DNA from: Pseudoflavonifractor sp.
GTDB lineage: Bacteria > Bacillota > Clostridia > Oscillospirales > Oscillospiraceae
Assembly: GCA_034927965.1 (NCBI GenBank)
Contig: JAYFPI010000055.1
Coordinates: forward strand, 5,079-69,078
Direction: 5' to 3'
Length of the DNA: 64,000 nt
Each line of letters opens with the position of its first letter. The stretch's first letter is position 1. A program made the translations under genes and the position numbers. Below, piece by piece: positions 38,921 to 48,824 of this stretch. The notes below the pieces were generated by a model that saw only the letters and a list, made by a program, of their open reading frames with translations, had not been told where the DNA came from and made no database searches.

Positions 38921-40360
38921 ATGATGAAAACGCCATTGTCTCCAGCGGAGGTCCACAAACAGTATGAGGAAGGGGTCTCCACCTTTATTCGTTCCGTGCC
39001 AGACGCGGCTCTGCGGGTCCGGCTGGGGCGGGAAATGGACACCTTTTTCCAGTCTTGTGCCCTAGGGGTGTGGAAGTCCGACGGGGCCTCTGTGACACCG
39101 GGGTATGTGGAATATTACAACGCGGTCTACCTCCGGGGCAACCCGGCACCTTCTATCCTCTATTGGGAGCTGGGCACCAGCGTGGCCAACTACCCTGGTT
39201 TTCGTCCACCTGAGAGCTTCGGGCGAATGCGGGCTTGGGACAAGGTGGCCGGAGCAGGGCTGGCCCGGCGATTTATTGACCTTTTTACCCTGATGGCGCT
39301 CCTGTTTGCGGCGGTAGACGGAGTGGTGAGCGAGGGGGAGGCAGGATTTGTCAACCGATGTGCGGACGCACTTTCCAACCTCGGCGACAAGGACGGCCTG
39401 ACGGGGGGGAAGACGCCTTTGGATGCCAAGGATTTCGTTACTGCCCGCCAAGCCCCCGCCCAAAGCGAGCCGGAAAAGGCTGAGGAGCCGGTGGAGGAGA
39501 AGGAGCCGGAACCGACCTTGGAGGAGTTGATGGCCCAGCTGGACGAATTATGTGGGCTGGCCCAGGTGAAAGCGGATGTGAAGAGCCTTATCAATTTGGT
39601 AAAGGTGCGTAAACTTCGGGAGGGGGAGGGGCTGCCCGTACCGCCCCTGTCTCTCCATCTGGTGTTTCTGGGCAACCCGGGCACCGGAAAGACCACGGTA
39701 GCCAGACTCCTGGCCAAACTCTACCATGTGATAGGCGTGCTGTCCAAGGGACAGCTGGTAGAAGTGGATCGTTCCGGGCTGGTGGCGGGTTTTGTGGGAC
39801 AGACAGCACTTAAGACGCAAGAAGTCATTGCCAAGGCCATCGGCGGGGTGCTTTTTATCGACGAGGCCTATGCGCTCACCAGCCACACGGGACAGAACGA
39901 TTTCGGTCAGGAGGCGGTGGAGGTACTGCTCAAGAACATGGAGGACCATCGCCAGGACCTCATTGTTATTGTGGCAGGATACACAGACCTCATGCAGGAC
40001 TTTATCCACTCCAACCCTGGTCTGGAAAGCCGATTTAACAAATATTTTCGCTTTGATGATTATACCGGCGCGCAGATGTACCAAATTTTTCAGTCCATGT
40101 GCGAGAAGAATGGCTATACCTTGGATGAGGGTGCCGGGGCTTACGCAAAAGGGTTCCTGGAGGAGATGTATGAAAACAGGGACGAGAATTTCGGCAATGC
40201 CCGGGATGTGCGCAACTTCTTCGAGCGGGCGGTGTCTCGTCAGTCTGATCGGGTTGCCGGACTTGAGGTGCCCGACAAGGCGGCGCTGATGGCGCTGGAT
40301 ATCGCCGACCTGAGGTCCGCTGCCGGGGAAGAAGAGGCAGAGGCGGCAGATCTTGATTAA
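38921..40360 (+). CDS. AAA+ ATPase, CbbX/SpoVK family, with N-terminal helical domain
   Basis: HLVFLGNPGTGKT, LFIDEAY, NPGLESRF and FGNARDVRN. Confidence 0.88.
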   Translation: MMKTPLSPAEVHKQYEEGVSTFIRSVPDAALRVRLGREMDTFFQSCALGVWKSDGASVTPGYVEYYNAVYLRGNPAPSILYWELGTSVANYPGFRPPESFGRMRAWDKVAGAGLARRFIDLFTLMALLFAAVDGVVSEGEAGFVNRCADALSNLGDKDGLTGGKTPLDAKDFVTARQAPAQSEPEKAEEPVEEKEPEPTLEELMAQLDELCGLAQVKADVKSLINLVKVRKLREGEGLPVPPLSLHLVFLGNPGTGKTTVARLLAKLYHVIGVLSKGQLVEVDRSGLVAGFVGQTALKTQEVIAKAIGGVLFIDEAYALTSHTGQNDFGQEAVEVLLKNMEDHRQDLIVIVAGYTDLMQDFIHSNPGLESRFNKYFRFDDYTGAQMYQIFQSMCEKNGYTLDEGAGAYAKGFLEEMYENRDENFGNARDVRNFFERAVSRQSDRVAGLEVPDKAALMALDIADLRSAAGEEEAEAADLD

Positions 40361-40471
40361 ATAGCCATCACCACCGTATGTGTGTAAAAATGTGCCCTGA
40401 ACGCTTGGCGTTCAGGGCACATTTTTACACACAGGAAGTGGCGTTGATGCAAAAGGCAGGCAAATAAAAAT

Positions 40472-40912
40472 TCAGTCTGTTTCCTGCTCTACATTCCCTA
40501 CGTGCCTCAGACTGTCGATAAACATGGCGCGCTGTTCCGGGCTAAAGCCATCCAGAACCTTTTGATTGAGGTCATCAATGACCTGCAGTACCCCATCCCG
40601 CATAGAAGCTCCCTCCGGAGTGAGTACCACCTGAATGCTTCTTCGATCGTTGGGATCCAGTTCGCGCTGGATCAGTCCCTTTTTCTCCATACGATCTAAA
40701 ACACCAGAAATGGTGGAGTTTTCTAATCTGAGGGTTTGGGCAATCTCTTTGGGAGTGCAGGCGCTGCCTTCCCAAAGGCATCGGAGGACTCCATACTGGC
40801 CCGGGGTTATGTTGAAGGTTGAAAGCCCCTCAGAAAATACTTGGAAAACTTCATGTTGAGCCACTGTCAATAAGTAGTTGATACAGCCGTATAATCGCAT
40901 TCTTTTCTCCAT
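40472..40912 (-). CDS. MarR-family regulator
   Basis: IT.GQY.VL...ST...LDRME..G.I.R...DRR...V.LT..G. Confidence 0.92.
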   Translation of the reverse strand: MEKRMRLYGCINYLLTVAQHEVFQVFSEGLSTFNITPGQYGVLRCLWEGSACTPKEIAQTLRLENSTISGVLDRMEKKGLIQRELDPNDRRSIQVVLTPEGASMRDGVLQVIDDLNQKVLDGFSPEQRAMFIDSLRHVGNVEQETD

Positions 40913-41027
40913 CCTTTAAATATTCGGTCCCAAAAATAAAAATATGAGGCGAGACCCCTGTTTCCAGAAGTGCCGCCTCATATTATAGCATATTAGATAT
41001 TAAGTTTCCAGAATTTTTTTTCCTATT

Positions 41028-42170
41028 TTAGCGGAAAATCGGGCCGCTGATGACCAACTTTTGAATTTCATTCGTGCCCTCATAAATCTGGGTAATCTTG
41101 GCATCACGCATCATGCGCTCCACATGATACTCCTTCATGAAGCCGTTTCCGCCCAGCATCTGGACGGCCTCGGTGGTAACCTCCATGGCGACGTTGGTAC
41201 AAGTGAGCTTGGCCATAGCGGCAGGAATGCTATAGGGCTGGCCGTCTTCCTTGGCCTGAGCCGCCTTCCAAAGCAGCAGCTCGGCAGCCTGGATCTTGGT
41301 CTGAAGCTCAGCCATCTTGAAGGACAGGTACTGCTGCTTGCTGATGGGCTTGCCAAACTGCTCGCGCTCCATCATATACTTGCGGGCAACCTCAAAGGCC
41401 CCCTTGGCAATGCCCAGGCCCTGGGCTGCCACGCCGATCCGGCCGCCATCCAAAGTCTTCATGGCCAGCTTAAAGCCCTCGCCGGGTGCAGCAATCATGT
41501 TCTCGGCAGGAACGCGGACATTATCCAAATGCATGTCGGAAACCTGAGCGGTGCGGATGCCCATCTTGTTCTCCACTTTGCCGACGGTGAAGCCGGGGGT
41601 ACCCTTCTCCACGACGAAGGCGGCCATGCCCTTGGTGCCCAGAGCGGGATCAGTCAGGGCATAGATGACGGTGAAGTCAGCCAGAGGGCCATTGGTGTTG
41701 AAGCACTTGCTGCCGTTGAGGACATAGCTGTCGCCGTCCTTGACAGCTACAGTCGTGCAGCCGGCGGCGTCGGAGCCGGCGGTGTGCTCGGTCAGGCCGA
41801 AGGAGCCGATCTTCTCGCCGTAGGTGATGGGGGCCAGGAATTTCTTCTTGATCTCGGTGGGGGCGGAGGAGTTCATGATGCTGCCGCCGTACAGAGAGGT
41901 GTCCACGGAGAAGGCGATGCCAAAAGCGCCGTCCACCTTGGAGACTTCCTCGACCGCCAGAACGTAGGACAGATAGCTTCCGCCCAGGCCGCCGACTTCC
42001 TTGGGATAGGGGAGGCCATAGGCACCGGTCTTACCGAACTTCTTAAACAGGTCCAGGGGGAACTCTCCGGATGCGTCCCGCTCGAGGATGCCAGGAGCAA
42101 GATCCTTCTCGGTAAACTCACGGGCCAGAGCTTCCATCTGCTTTTGATCTTGTGTCAGTTCGAAATTCAT
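41028..42170 (-). CDS. Acyl-CoA (butyryl-CoA-like) dehydrogenase
   Basis: FGLTE..AGSD, KMGIR, LDGGRIG and IYEGTNEIQ. Confidence 0.93.
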   Translation of the reverse strand: MNFELTQDQKQMEALAREFTEKDLAPGILERDASGEFPLDLFKKFGKTGAYGLPYPKEVGGLGGSYLSYVLAVEEVSKVDGAFGIAFSVDTSLYGGSIMNSSAPTEIKKKFLAPITYGEKIGSFGLTEHTAGSDAAGCTTVAVKDGDSYVLNGSKCFNTNGPLADFTVIYALTDPALGTKGMAAFVVEKGTPGFTVGKVENKMGIRTAQVSDMHLDNVRVPAENMIAAPGEGFKLAMKTLDGGRIGVAAQGLGIAKGAFEVARKYMMEREQFGKPISKQQYLSFKMAELQTKIQAAELLLWKAAQAKEDGQPYSIPAAMAKLTCTNVAMEVTTEAVQMLGGNGFMKEYHVERMMRDAKITQIYEGTNEIQKLVISGPIFR

Positions 42171-42348
42171 AATAGCAAATCCTTTCTCGTACCATGTTTT
42201 TTTGCTTGTTCAATGCAATAAGCCGCAATTTTTAATAGGCGGATTAACCCAGAGGCTGTGCGGGATCGTCCTTTTGGGGGGGAAGAGAGAAGTCCCAGCG
42301 CAACGCGGTATTTGCCGCTCTGAATTTTATGCGGCGCGAAGTGGTTCC

Positions 42349-43707
42349 TTACATGCCCATAGCTGCCAGACCGATGAAGGCAAAGCAGGCGATAAAGGGA
42401 ACAATGATCTGGGTGATAAAGATGTCAAAGTAGGCTTCCTTATGCGTCAGCTTGCAGATGCCCAGCAGTGTGATCTGTGCGCCCTGGTGAGGCAGAGAGT
42501 CCAGCGTGCCGGCGGCGATGGCGCCAATGCGGTGAACGTAGGCCAGATTTACACCCAGAGAGACGTAGGTATCCTTCAGGGCATTGAAGGCGACGCCCAT
42601 GCCGCCAGAAGCGGAGCCGCAGGCACCGGCGCAGACAGCCACAGTGATCATGACGAACATCAGGGGGTTCATGTCCAGATTCTTCTGGGATGCTACCAGG
42701 TCGGTAAAGCCCTGAGTGTTCTTGACCACGCCGCCGAAGCCGACGACGATAGCAGTGTTCAGAATGGACACGCCGGAGTCGGCAGCGCCCTTGTTGAACA
42801 CCCGGATCCAGCCGTTGAGGCCGCCCTCGATGCGGGGGAAGAACAGGATGCAGGCAAGAACTACGCCCAGGAAGACAGAGGTCTCAACAGGCAGGCCGCC
42901 GCGAGTGCCATTGTCCTTGAGCACGATAGGAGCGTTGAAGAGAACCAGAATTACCACGATAGGAATCAGAGCCACGATGGGGTTGGGCAGAGACTCGTCT
43001 TCGTCGGCCTGGAGCTCCTCGGGGGTGAGCTGTGTTCTCAGCCGGGAATCATCAAACACGTAGCCCTTCTTGGTAAAAGAGCGGGCGCGGTACTCCAGCC
43101 AAACAAAGATCAGCACAAAAGACAGGACAGTGACGATAATTGAGGGGAGCAGAGCCGCGGTAGGAGTTGTCCCCAGAATGCTGATAGGGATAACGTTCTG
43201 AATCGAGGGAGAGCCGGGGCCGTACATCGACCAGGTCCAGCAGCCGGCGGAGATCGCCGCGGGGATCAAACGACGAGTGACATTGGCATTGCGGAACATT
43301 TGCAGGGCAATGGGGTACACCACGAAGAACACCACAAAGCCGGAGATGCCGCCATAGGTCAGGATACTAGTGATGACCATGATAATAGGAGCGACAAACT
43401 GGCCATGGCTCATACCGGAGAGCCACTTGGCAATGGCCTTGGCGGCGCCGGTGAACTGATACACGGCACCGAAGAGTGCACCCACGAAGAAAACCAGGAA
43501 ATAGCTGGAAACATAACTGGCTGCGGCGGGCATGAAGTCATTTTTCAGACCGTTCAGGATCGCAACATTGTTTCCGGCAAACAGAGCGGAAAAAATCAGA
43601 ACAAAAATCGTAACGAGGGGTGCCAGGATCAGGGCGGAAATCTGCTTAAACGCCAAAACTGCGAAGAGGATGATAGCGAGAAGCAGAATTAAAATTCCCA
43701 TATTCAT
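42349..43707 (-). CDS. GntP-family organic acid permease
   Basis: LTYGGISGFV, PGSP.IQN, GSASGG and LDSLPH.GA. Confidence 0.88.
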   Translation of the reverse strand: MNMGILILLLAIILFAVLAFKQISALILAPLVTIFVLIFSALFAGNNVAILNGLKNDFMPAAASYVSSYFLVFFVGALFGAVYQFTGAAKAIAKWLSGMSHGQFVAPIIMVITSILTYGGISGFVVFFVVYPIALQMFRNANVTRRLIPAAISAGCWTWSMYGPGSPSIQNVIPISILGTTPTAALLPSIIVTVLSFVLIFVWLEYRARSFTKKGYVFDDSRLRTQLTPEELQADEDESLPNPIVALIPIVVILVLFNAPIVLKDNGTRGGLPVETSVFLGVVLACILFFPRIEGGLNGWIRVFNKGAADSGVSILNTAIVVGFGGVVKNTQGFTDLVASQKNLDMNPLMFVMITVAVCAGACGSASGGMGVAFNALKDTYVSLGVNLAYVHRIGAIAAGTLDSLPHQGAQITLLGICKLTHKEAYFDIFITQIIVPFIACFAFIGLAAMGM

Positions 43708-43790
43708 GCAGGGTGTTTCCTCCATCTCTCTTAAAAATCTTTTTGGGAATAGAGCCTATCCCCGTAGAAGTGGTACCGGGGAGGGGGGGA

Positions 43791-45350
43791 TTATTTTTTC
43801 AGACCCATGAGTCCGTCGGAGAAGATCCGGGCATCCATAAGCTTGGGCCCGCCGGCCTCCATCTTGGGAGTAAAGCCGATCAGATCCAGCACCTGGGTTT
43901 TCAGGTCAATGCCAGGGGCAATCTCGGTGAGATACATCCCGTCGGAACGCAGTTCAAACACAGCGCGCTCAGTGATGTACATCACGGGCTGTCCCGTTTT
44001 GACAGCATACTTTCCGGAGAAAGTGATCTGCTCTACGGTGTCGATCATCTTCTGCTCCTTGCCTTCCTGATCCACCACCAGTTTGCCGTTTTCCACATGG
44101 CTCTTGAATCCGCCGGCGGTGAAGGTTCCGCAGAAGAAGACCTTTTTGGCGTTCTGAGTGATATTGACGAATCCGCCACAGCCGGCGATTCTGGGACCGA
44201 ATTTGGAAACGTTGATGTTGCCTTCCTTATCGGCCTGAGCCAGGCCAAGGAACGCCAGATCTACGCCGCCGCCGTCATAGAAATCGAACTGATACGGCTG
44301 GTCCAGAATGGCCTCTACGTTGACGGAGCCGCCGAATTTAGGGCCGCCCTGGGGCACACCGCCCACGGGTCCAGCCTCCACGGTAAGGGTCATGTAGTCG
44401 CCGATGCCCTCTTCGTTGGCCACCATCGAGATGTACTCGGGAATACCAATTCCAAGGTTGACAACCTTATTAGGCTCCAGTTCCATAGCAGCTCTGCGGC
44501 CAATGATCTTTTTGGCACTCATGCGAGGATATTCCAAGCTGCCCAAAGGAACCCTGAAGTCGCCGGTCATGGAGCCGTCGTACTCGCAGCCCTGGCACTG
44601 AGCATGATCCTCTTTGTTTTCGCAGACCACAATGGCGTCCACATAAATGCCGGGGATCTTTACCAGCTTGGGATCCAAGCAGCCGCACTGCACGACCTTC
44701 TCCACCTGGATGACTACCTTGCCGCCGGAGTTCTTGGCGGCCTGGGCAATAGCGGTGGCCTCGTTGGTGCAGCACTCGTGCTGCAAAGTCACATTGCCGT
44801 GCTCGTCCGCGATAGAGCCGCGGATGAATGCGATGTCAACCTTATGGGCCTTGTAGAGCAGACGCTCCTCACCCAAGATGTTGACGACTTCGACAATGTC
44901 TTCTTTGGTGATCTCATTGAGCTTGCCGCCCTCGATGCGGGGATCGGCAAAAGTGTTCAGACCCACGTGAGTGAGAGTGCCGAGCTTGTGGGCGGCAATG
45001 TCACGGAAAAGCTGTGACAGAGTGCCCTGAGGCAGGTTGTACGCCTCCAATTTGTTGGCAATGATGAGCTTGCCCAGCTCGGGGGCCATGTTGTAATGGC
45101 CGCCGATCACGCGCTTGAGCATTCCCTCGTGAGCAAAATGATCCGCACCGCTGCCGTCCCGGTTGCCCTGCGCGGCAGCGTAGAAAAGAGTCAGGTCTCT
45201 GGGGTGTCCGGTTTCCAGAAAGCTCTTTTCCACGGCTTTGTTCAAAGCCTCCGGCATCTGGCTGGCCACGAAGCCACTGGTGGTGATCGTCATGCCGTCC
45301 TTTACCCAGGAGGCGGCCTCTGCGGCAGAAATAATGGCTTTTTGGGACAT
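43791..45350 (-). CDS. Acyl-CoA:acetate CoA-transferase (Pct/YdiF fused type)
   Basis: AYNLPQG, VNLGIGIP, TVEAG, FDFYDGGG and GCGGF.NI. Confidence 0.92.
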   Translation of the reverse strand: MSQKAIISAAEAASWVKDGMTITTSGFVASQMPEALNKAVEKSFLETGHPRDLTLFYAAAQGNRDGSGADHFAHEGMLKRVIGGHYNMAPELGKLIIANKLEAYNLPQGTLSQLFRDIAAHKLGTLTHVGLNTFADPRIEGGKLNEITKEDIVEVVNILGEERLLYKAHKVDIAFIRGSIADEHGNVTLQHECCTNEATAIAQAAKNSGGKVVIQVEKVVQCGCLDPKLVKIPGIYVDAIVVCENKEDHAQCQGCEYDGSMTGDFRVPLGSLEYPRMSAKKIIGRRAAMELEPNKVVNLGIGIPEYISMVANEEGIGDYMTLTVEAGPVGGVPQGGPKFGGSVNVEAILDQPYQFDFYDGGGVDLAFLGLAQADKEGNINVSKFGPRIAGCGGFVNITQNAKKVFFCGTFTAGGFKSHVENGKLVVDQEGKEQKMIDTVEQITFSGKYAVKTGQPVMYITERAVFELRSDGMYLTEIAPGIDLKTQVLDLIGFTPKMEAGGPKLMDARIFSDGLMGLKK

Positions 45351-45391
45351 ATCAATTGGTCCTTTCCCTATTCTTTTTTAACGGTGCCTGC

Positions 45392-46171
45392 TTATTTGCC
45401 GACGAAGTGCTTATCCTTACGCTTGGTCAGGAATGCAGTCATGCCTTCCTTTTTGTCCTCAGTGGCGAAAGACAGACCGAACAGGTTGGCTTCCAGCTTC
45501 AGGCCGCTGTCCAGATCGGTATCCATACCGGTGTTGATGGCCTGCTTGGCCAGAGCGACGGTGAAGGGGCTGTTCTTCATGATCCGGGCGGCCATGTCCT
45601 TGCAGAAGCCGATCAGCTCAGCCTGAGGAACCACATGATTGACCAGGCCCATGCGATAAGCATCCTCGGCGGTGATCTGGTCACAGGTGAAGATCAGCTC
45701 TTTGGCGCGGCCCTTGCCGACCAGACGGGCCAGACGCTGGGTGCCACCGAAACCGGGCAGAATGCCGAGACCGCACTCGGGCTGGCCGAACTTGGCGTTT
45801 TCAGAGGCCACGCGGATGTCGCAGGCCATGGAAATCTCGCAGCCGCCGCCCAGAGCGTAGCCGTTGACTGCGGCGATGGTGACCTGGGGCATGTTCTCCA
45901 GACGGGAGAAGGCCTCGCGGGCCAGCAGACCCATGGCCCGGCCTTCGGGAGCAGTAGCGTTCACCATCTCGGAAATGTCGGCACCGGCGACAAAGGACTT
46001 TTCACCAGACCCGGTAAGAATGACGGTTTTGACATCCTGGTTCTTTTCCAGCTCGGCCAGACAGGTGTTTATCTCGGCCAGAGTCTCGCTGTTGAGCGCG
46101 TTCAGGGATTTCGGGCGATTGATGGTCAAAAGGGCGACACCGTTTTCGACTTCCAGAAGCAAATTGTTCAT
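45392..46171 (-). CDS. crt: Short-chain enoyl-CoA hydratase (crotonase)
   Basis: FVAGADI, ALGGGCE and FGQPE..LGI.PGFGGTQRL. Confidence 0.9.
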   Translation of the reverse strand: MNNLLLEVENGVALLTINRPKSLNALNSETLAEINTCLAELEKNQDVKTVILTGSGEKSFVAGADISEMVNATAPEGRAMGLLAREAFSRLENMPQVTIAAVNGYALGGGCEISMACDIRVASENAKFGQPECGLGILPGFGGTQRLARLVGKGRAKELIFTCDQITAEDAYRMGLVNHVVPQAELIGFCKDMAARIMKNSPFTVALAKQAINTGMDTDLDSGLKLEANLFGLSFATEDKKEGMTAFLTKRKDKHFVGK

Positions 46172-46210
46172 AATACTACCTCCCACAAATTATGATGCTT
46201 TTAACCAAAG

Positions 46211-46269
46211 TAATTTGTGCATCAAACTACTTTCATATGCATTGTATAGCAAAAATTGGGACACGTCAA
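46211..46269 (-). promoter_or_regulatory. sigmaA promoter with MarR-type operator upstream of the crt operon
   Basis: TTGACG-N17-TACAAT (46241-46269); inverted repeat TAGTTTG-N5-CAAATTA at 46211-46229. Confidence 0.65.
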
Positions 46270-46442
46270 CAGGGTTTTGTAGTTATATACTGTAAATCTT
46301 TTTGTGGTGCAACGCAATTTTATTCATTTTTTCTTTTGGCACAATATTGTTCTTATTAAAATATATTTTGATTACATCACTTTTGTATGCCAAAACAATG
46401 TAAACTAAAAATGAGAAGAATGGGGAAAAATGGTGCTTCTGA

Positions 46443-47324
46443 TTATTTCCACTCAAAAACCCCGCGGTTGAGTATTGCCTTTCCAGTGTTCTTATCCACC
46501 AGACGGAAGTAGGCCAGCCTGTCTCCAATTTTCCAAACGTGGGTTTCCACAGGGGTACCTGGTAGGAGAGGACTGCTCATCATGGCGGCCATTCGCGTCA
46601 TGCGCTCGGGTTCGCCCGGGGTAAGTACGTCAATGATCATGCGACATGCAAAACCAAAGGAGCACAGTCCCTGGACGATTGGTTGGTCAAACTTCATGTT
46701 TTTGGCGTACTCGGGGTCTACATGGATGAGGTTGGTGTCTCCGGTAAGACGGTAGAGCAAGTTCTGCACAGGGCTGATGTAATCCTCTTCCACATAGTCT
46801 GGCGCGCGATCTGGAATTTCTACATCGTTTTTGGGCCGGGGATTGCCGCCAAAGCCGCCGGCCTCATGGAAGAAGGTGCAGGAATAGTTTGTGCACACCG
46901 GGTTTCCGGCCTCGTCCCGCACATCAATTTTCGTGCGGACCACCGCCCCTCGGCCCTCGCCGCGGTCATACACATCCACAATTTGGTCCTGCCATTGGAA
47001 GGTGCCTTTGATTGCGTCGATGGGTCGATGCATAATGATCTCGTGATCCATGTTTAAAAAGGCAATGGTTGGTTTGATCAGCTCGTCTGCCAGCATTGAG
47101 GCAGGCAGGGGCATCCACTGATAGGGTCGGACATTAACGGTGGCCCAGTAAGGGACGGCACCGAATGTGGGGATGGCCTTTAAATACTTTTCGTAATAGT
47201 AGGCCAAATCCTCCTTGTGGGCGCCCACCGCCAAGTTGTAGAGGGAGACATCCCGCCAGTTGTACTCTGAGTATCGGGGCTCCATTTTTGCACCGATGAG
47301 TTGATTGAGGTCGATTTTTTCCAT
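46443..47324 (-). CDS. MaoC-type double hot-dog dehydratase ((R)-enoyl-CoA hydratase-like)
   Basis: YRLTGDTNLIHVDP..A....F..PI.QGLC hydratase-2 motif. Confidence 0.85.
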   Translation of the reverse strand: MEKIDLNQLIGAKMEPRYSEYNWRDVSLYNLAVGAHKEDLAYYYEKYLKAIPTFGAVPYWATVNVRPYQWMPLPASMLADELIKPTIAFLNMDHEIIMHRPIDAIKGTFQWQDQIVDVYDRGEGRGAVVRTKIDVRDEAGNPVCTNYSCTFFHEAGGFGGNPRPKNDVEIPDRAPDYVEEDYISPVQNLLYRLTGDTNLIHVDPEYAKNMKFDQPIVQGLCSFGFACRMIIDVLTPGEPERMTRMAAMMSSPLLPGTPVETHVWKIGDRLAYFRLVDKNTGKAILNRGVFEWK

Positions 47325-47373
47325 GAAACACACACCCTTTCATCTTAATGGAATTACTTCGTGCGTTGGGAGC

Positions 47374-48516
47374 TCATTTCAGCAATTCTCTGGCAATGAC
47401 CACTTTCTGAATTTCCGAGGTTCCCTCATAGATTGGGACAATACGAGCGTCCCGGTACATCCGCTCCAGAGGGTAGTCCCGCATATAGCCGTAGCCACCG
47501 TGAATCTGAAGTGCTTTGTTGGTGACCCATACAGCATTCTCCGAGGCGTAATATTTACACATAGAGGCCAGTTTGGTGAAGGGTTCACCTGCGTCGGCGG
47601 CCTCTGCAGCCTCCATGACCAGAGCCCGGGCGGCCTCGGTTCGGGTGCCCATGTCGGCCAGATACCACTGCAGGCCCTGGAGTTTTCCGATAGGCTTGCC
47701 GAATTGAACCCGCTGTCCCATGTACTCAATGGATGCCTCGATAGCGGCGTCTGAAATCCCCAGAGCCTGTGCGGCCATTCCGATCCGGCCGCCGTCCAGC
47801 GCCTGCATGGCAATTTTGAAACCCTCGTTTTCCCGCCCGATGAGGTTGGTCTTGGGTACCCGGCAGTTTTCGAAGATCAGCTCGGAGATATCTGCGCCTC
47901 TCAGCCCCATTTTTTCTTCCCGCTTGCCGATGGTAAAGCCGGGGGTGTCCCGATCCACTACGATAGCGGACATACCTTTGGTTCCCCGCTTGGGATCAGT
48001 AAGGGCAATCACGACCACATAATCGCCCTCGTTGGGGCCCATGTTGCTGATAAAGCATTTGCTTCCGTCCAGCACATAGTCATCCCCGTCTGCGATTGCT
48101 TTGGTGGCGGCGGCGCTGGCGTCGGAGCCTGCGTTGGCTTCCGTGAGGGCAAAGGCGCCGATTTTTCCGGCCACGGCGGCGGAAAGGTATTTCCGCTTCT
48201 GGGTCTCATTTCCGTGCTTGAGAAAAATGTCGTTGACCAGGGTGTGCACTGCAATGACCTCGGCGGTGCTGGCGCACTCGCGGGCCAACTCGGAAATGAC
48301 CAGAACCTTGCAGACATTGGACATGCCGTCCAAACCGGGCCCGCCATATTCTTTCGGGACATTCAGGGCGGTAAAACCTACCCTGGCCATTTTCTGTATG
48401 ATCTCTCTGGGAATACGTTCTTCCTTGTCAATATCCGCGGCGACGGGTCTTAATTCCCCTCGGGCAAAGTCCCCGGCCATTTTTTGAAGCATTTTTTGCT
48501 CTCTGGTTAGACGCAT
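47374..48516 (-). CDS. Acyl-CoA dehydrogenase
   Basis: FALTE.NAGSD, HGGYGY and IYEGTSEIQ. Confidence 0.93.
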   Translation of the reverse strand: MRLTREQKMLQKMAGDFARGELRPVAADIDKEERIPREIIQKMARVGFTALNVPKEYGGPGLDGMSNVCKVLVISELARECASTAEVIAVHTLVNDIFLKHGNETQKRKYLSAAVAGKIGAFALTEANAGSDASAAATKAIADGDDYVLDGSKCFISNMGPNEGDYVVVIALTDPKRGTKGMSAIVVDRDTPGFTIGKREEKMGLRGADISELIFENCRVPKTNLIGRENEGFKIAMQALDGGRIGMAAQALGISDAAIEASIEYMGQRVQFGKPIGKLQGLQWYLADMGTRTEAARALVMEAAEAADAGEPFTKLASMCKYYASENAVWVTNKALQIHGGYGYMRDYPLERMYRDARIVPIYEGTSEIQKVVIARELLK

Positions 48517-48585
48517 CGATCATTCCTCCTTGTTATTCTCAAGACAAAATTTCGTCATCATCTACAATTTACAATTTTATAATAA

Positions 48586-48602
48586 TGCAATTCTTATGCC
48601 AA
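48586..48602 (-). promoter_or_regulatory. sigma54 (-24/-12) promoter
   Basis: TTGGCATAAGAATTGCA; divergent sigma54 activator gene; candidate UAS TGTGTCAAAATTTTCACA at ~48741-48758. Confidence 0.85.
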
Positions 48603-48824
48603 TTCTCTAAAAAAATGCTGTGAGCACACGTTTCATTTGCAAATAGCTTGCAATACAAAGGAAAAATTTTTGAATCAGGTTTTTATGCAGCTGGTTATTG
48701 ACCGAGGCAAAGGCAAATTCTTGTGTCTTTCTGACGAATGTGTGTCAAAATTTTCACACTTTTTCTTGCTCTGCCCTGCGTGGTGTGATACACTGGAGCC
48801 AAAATAAGAAGGGGGGAGTCCGCT

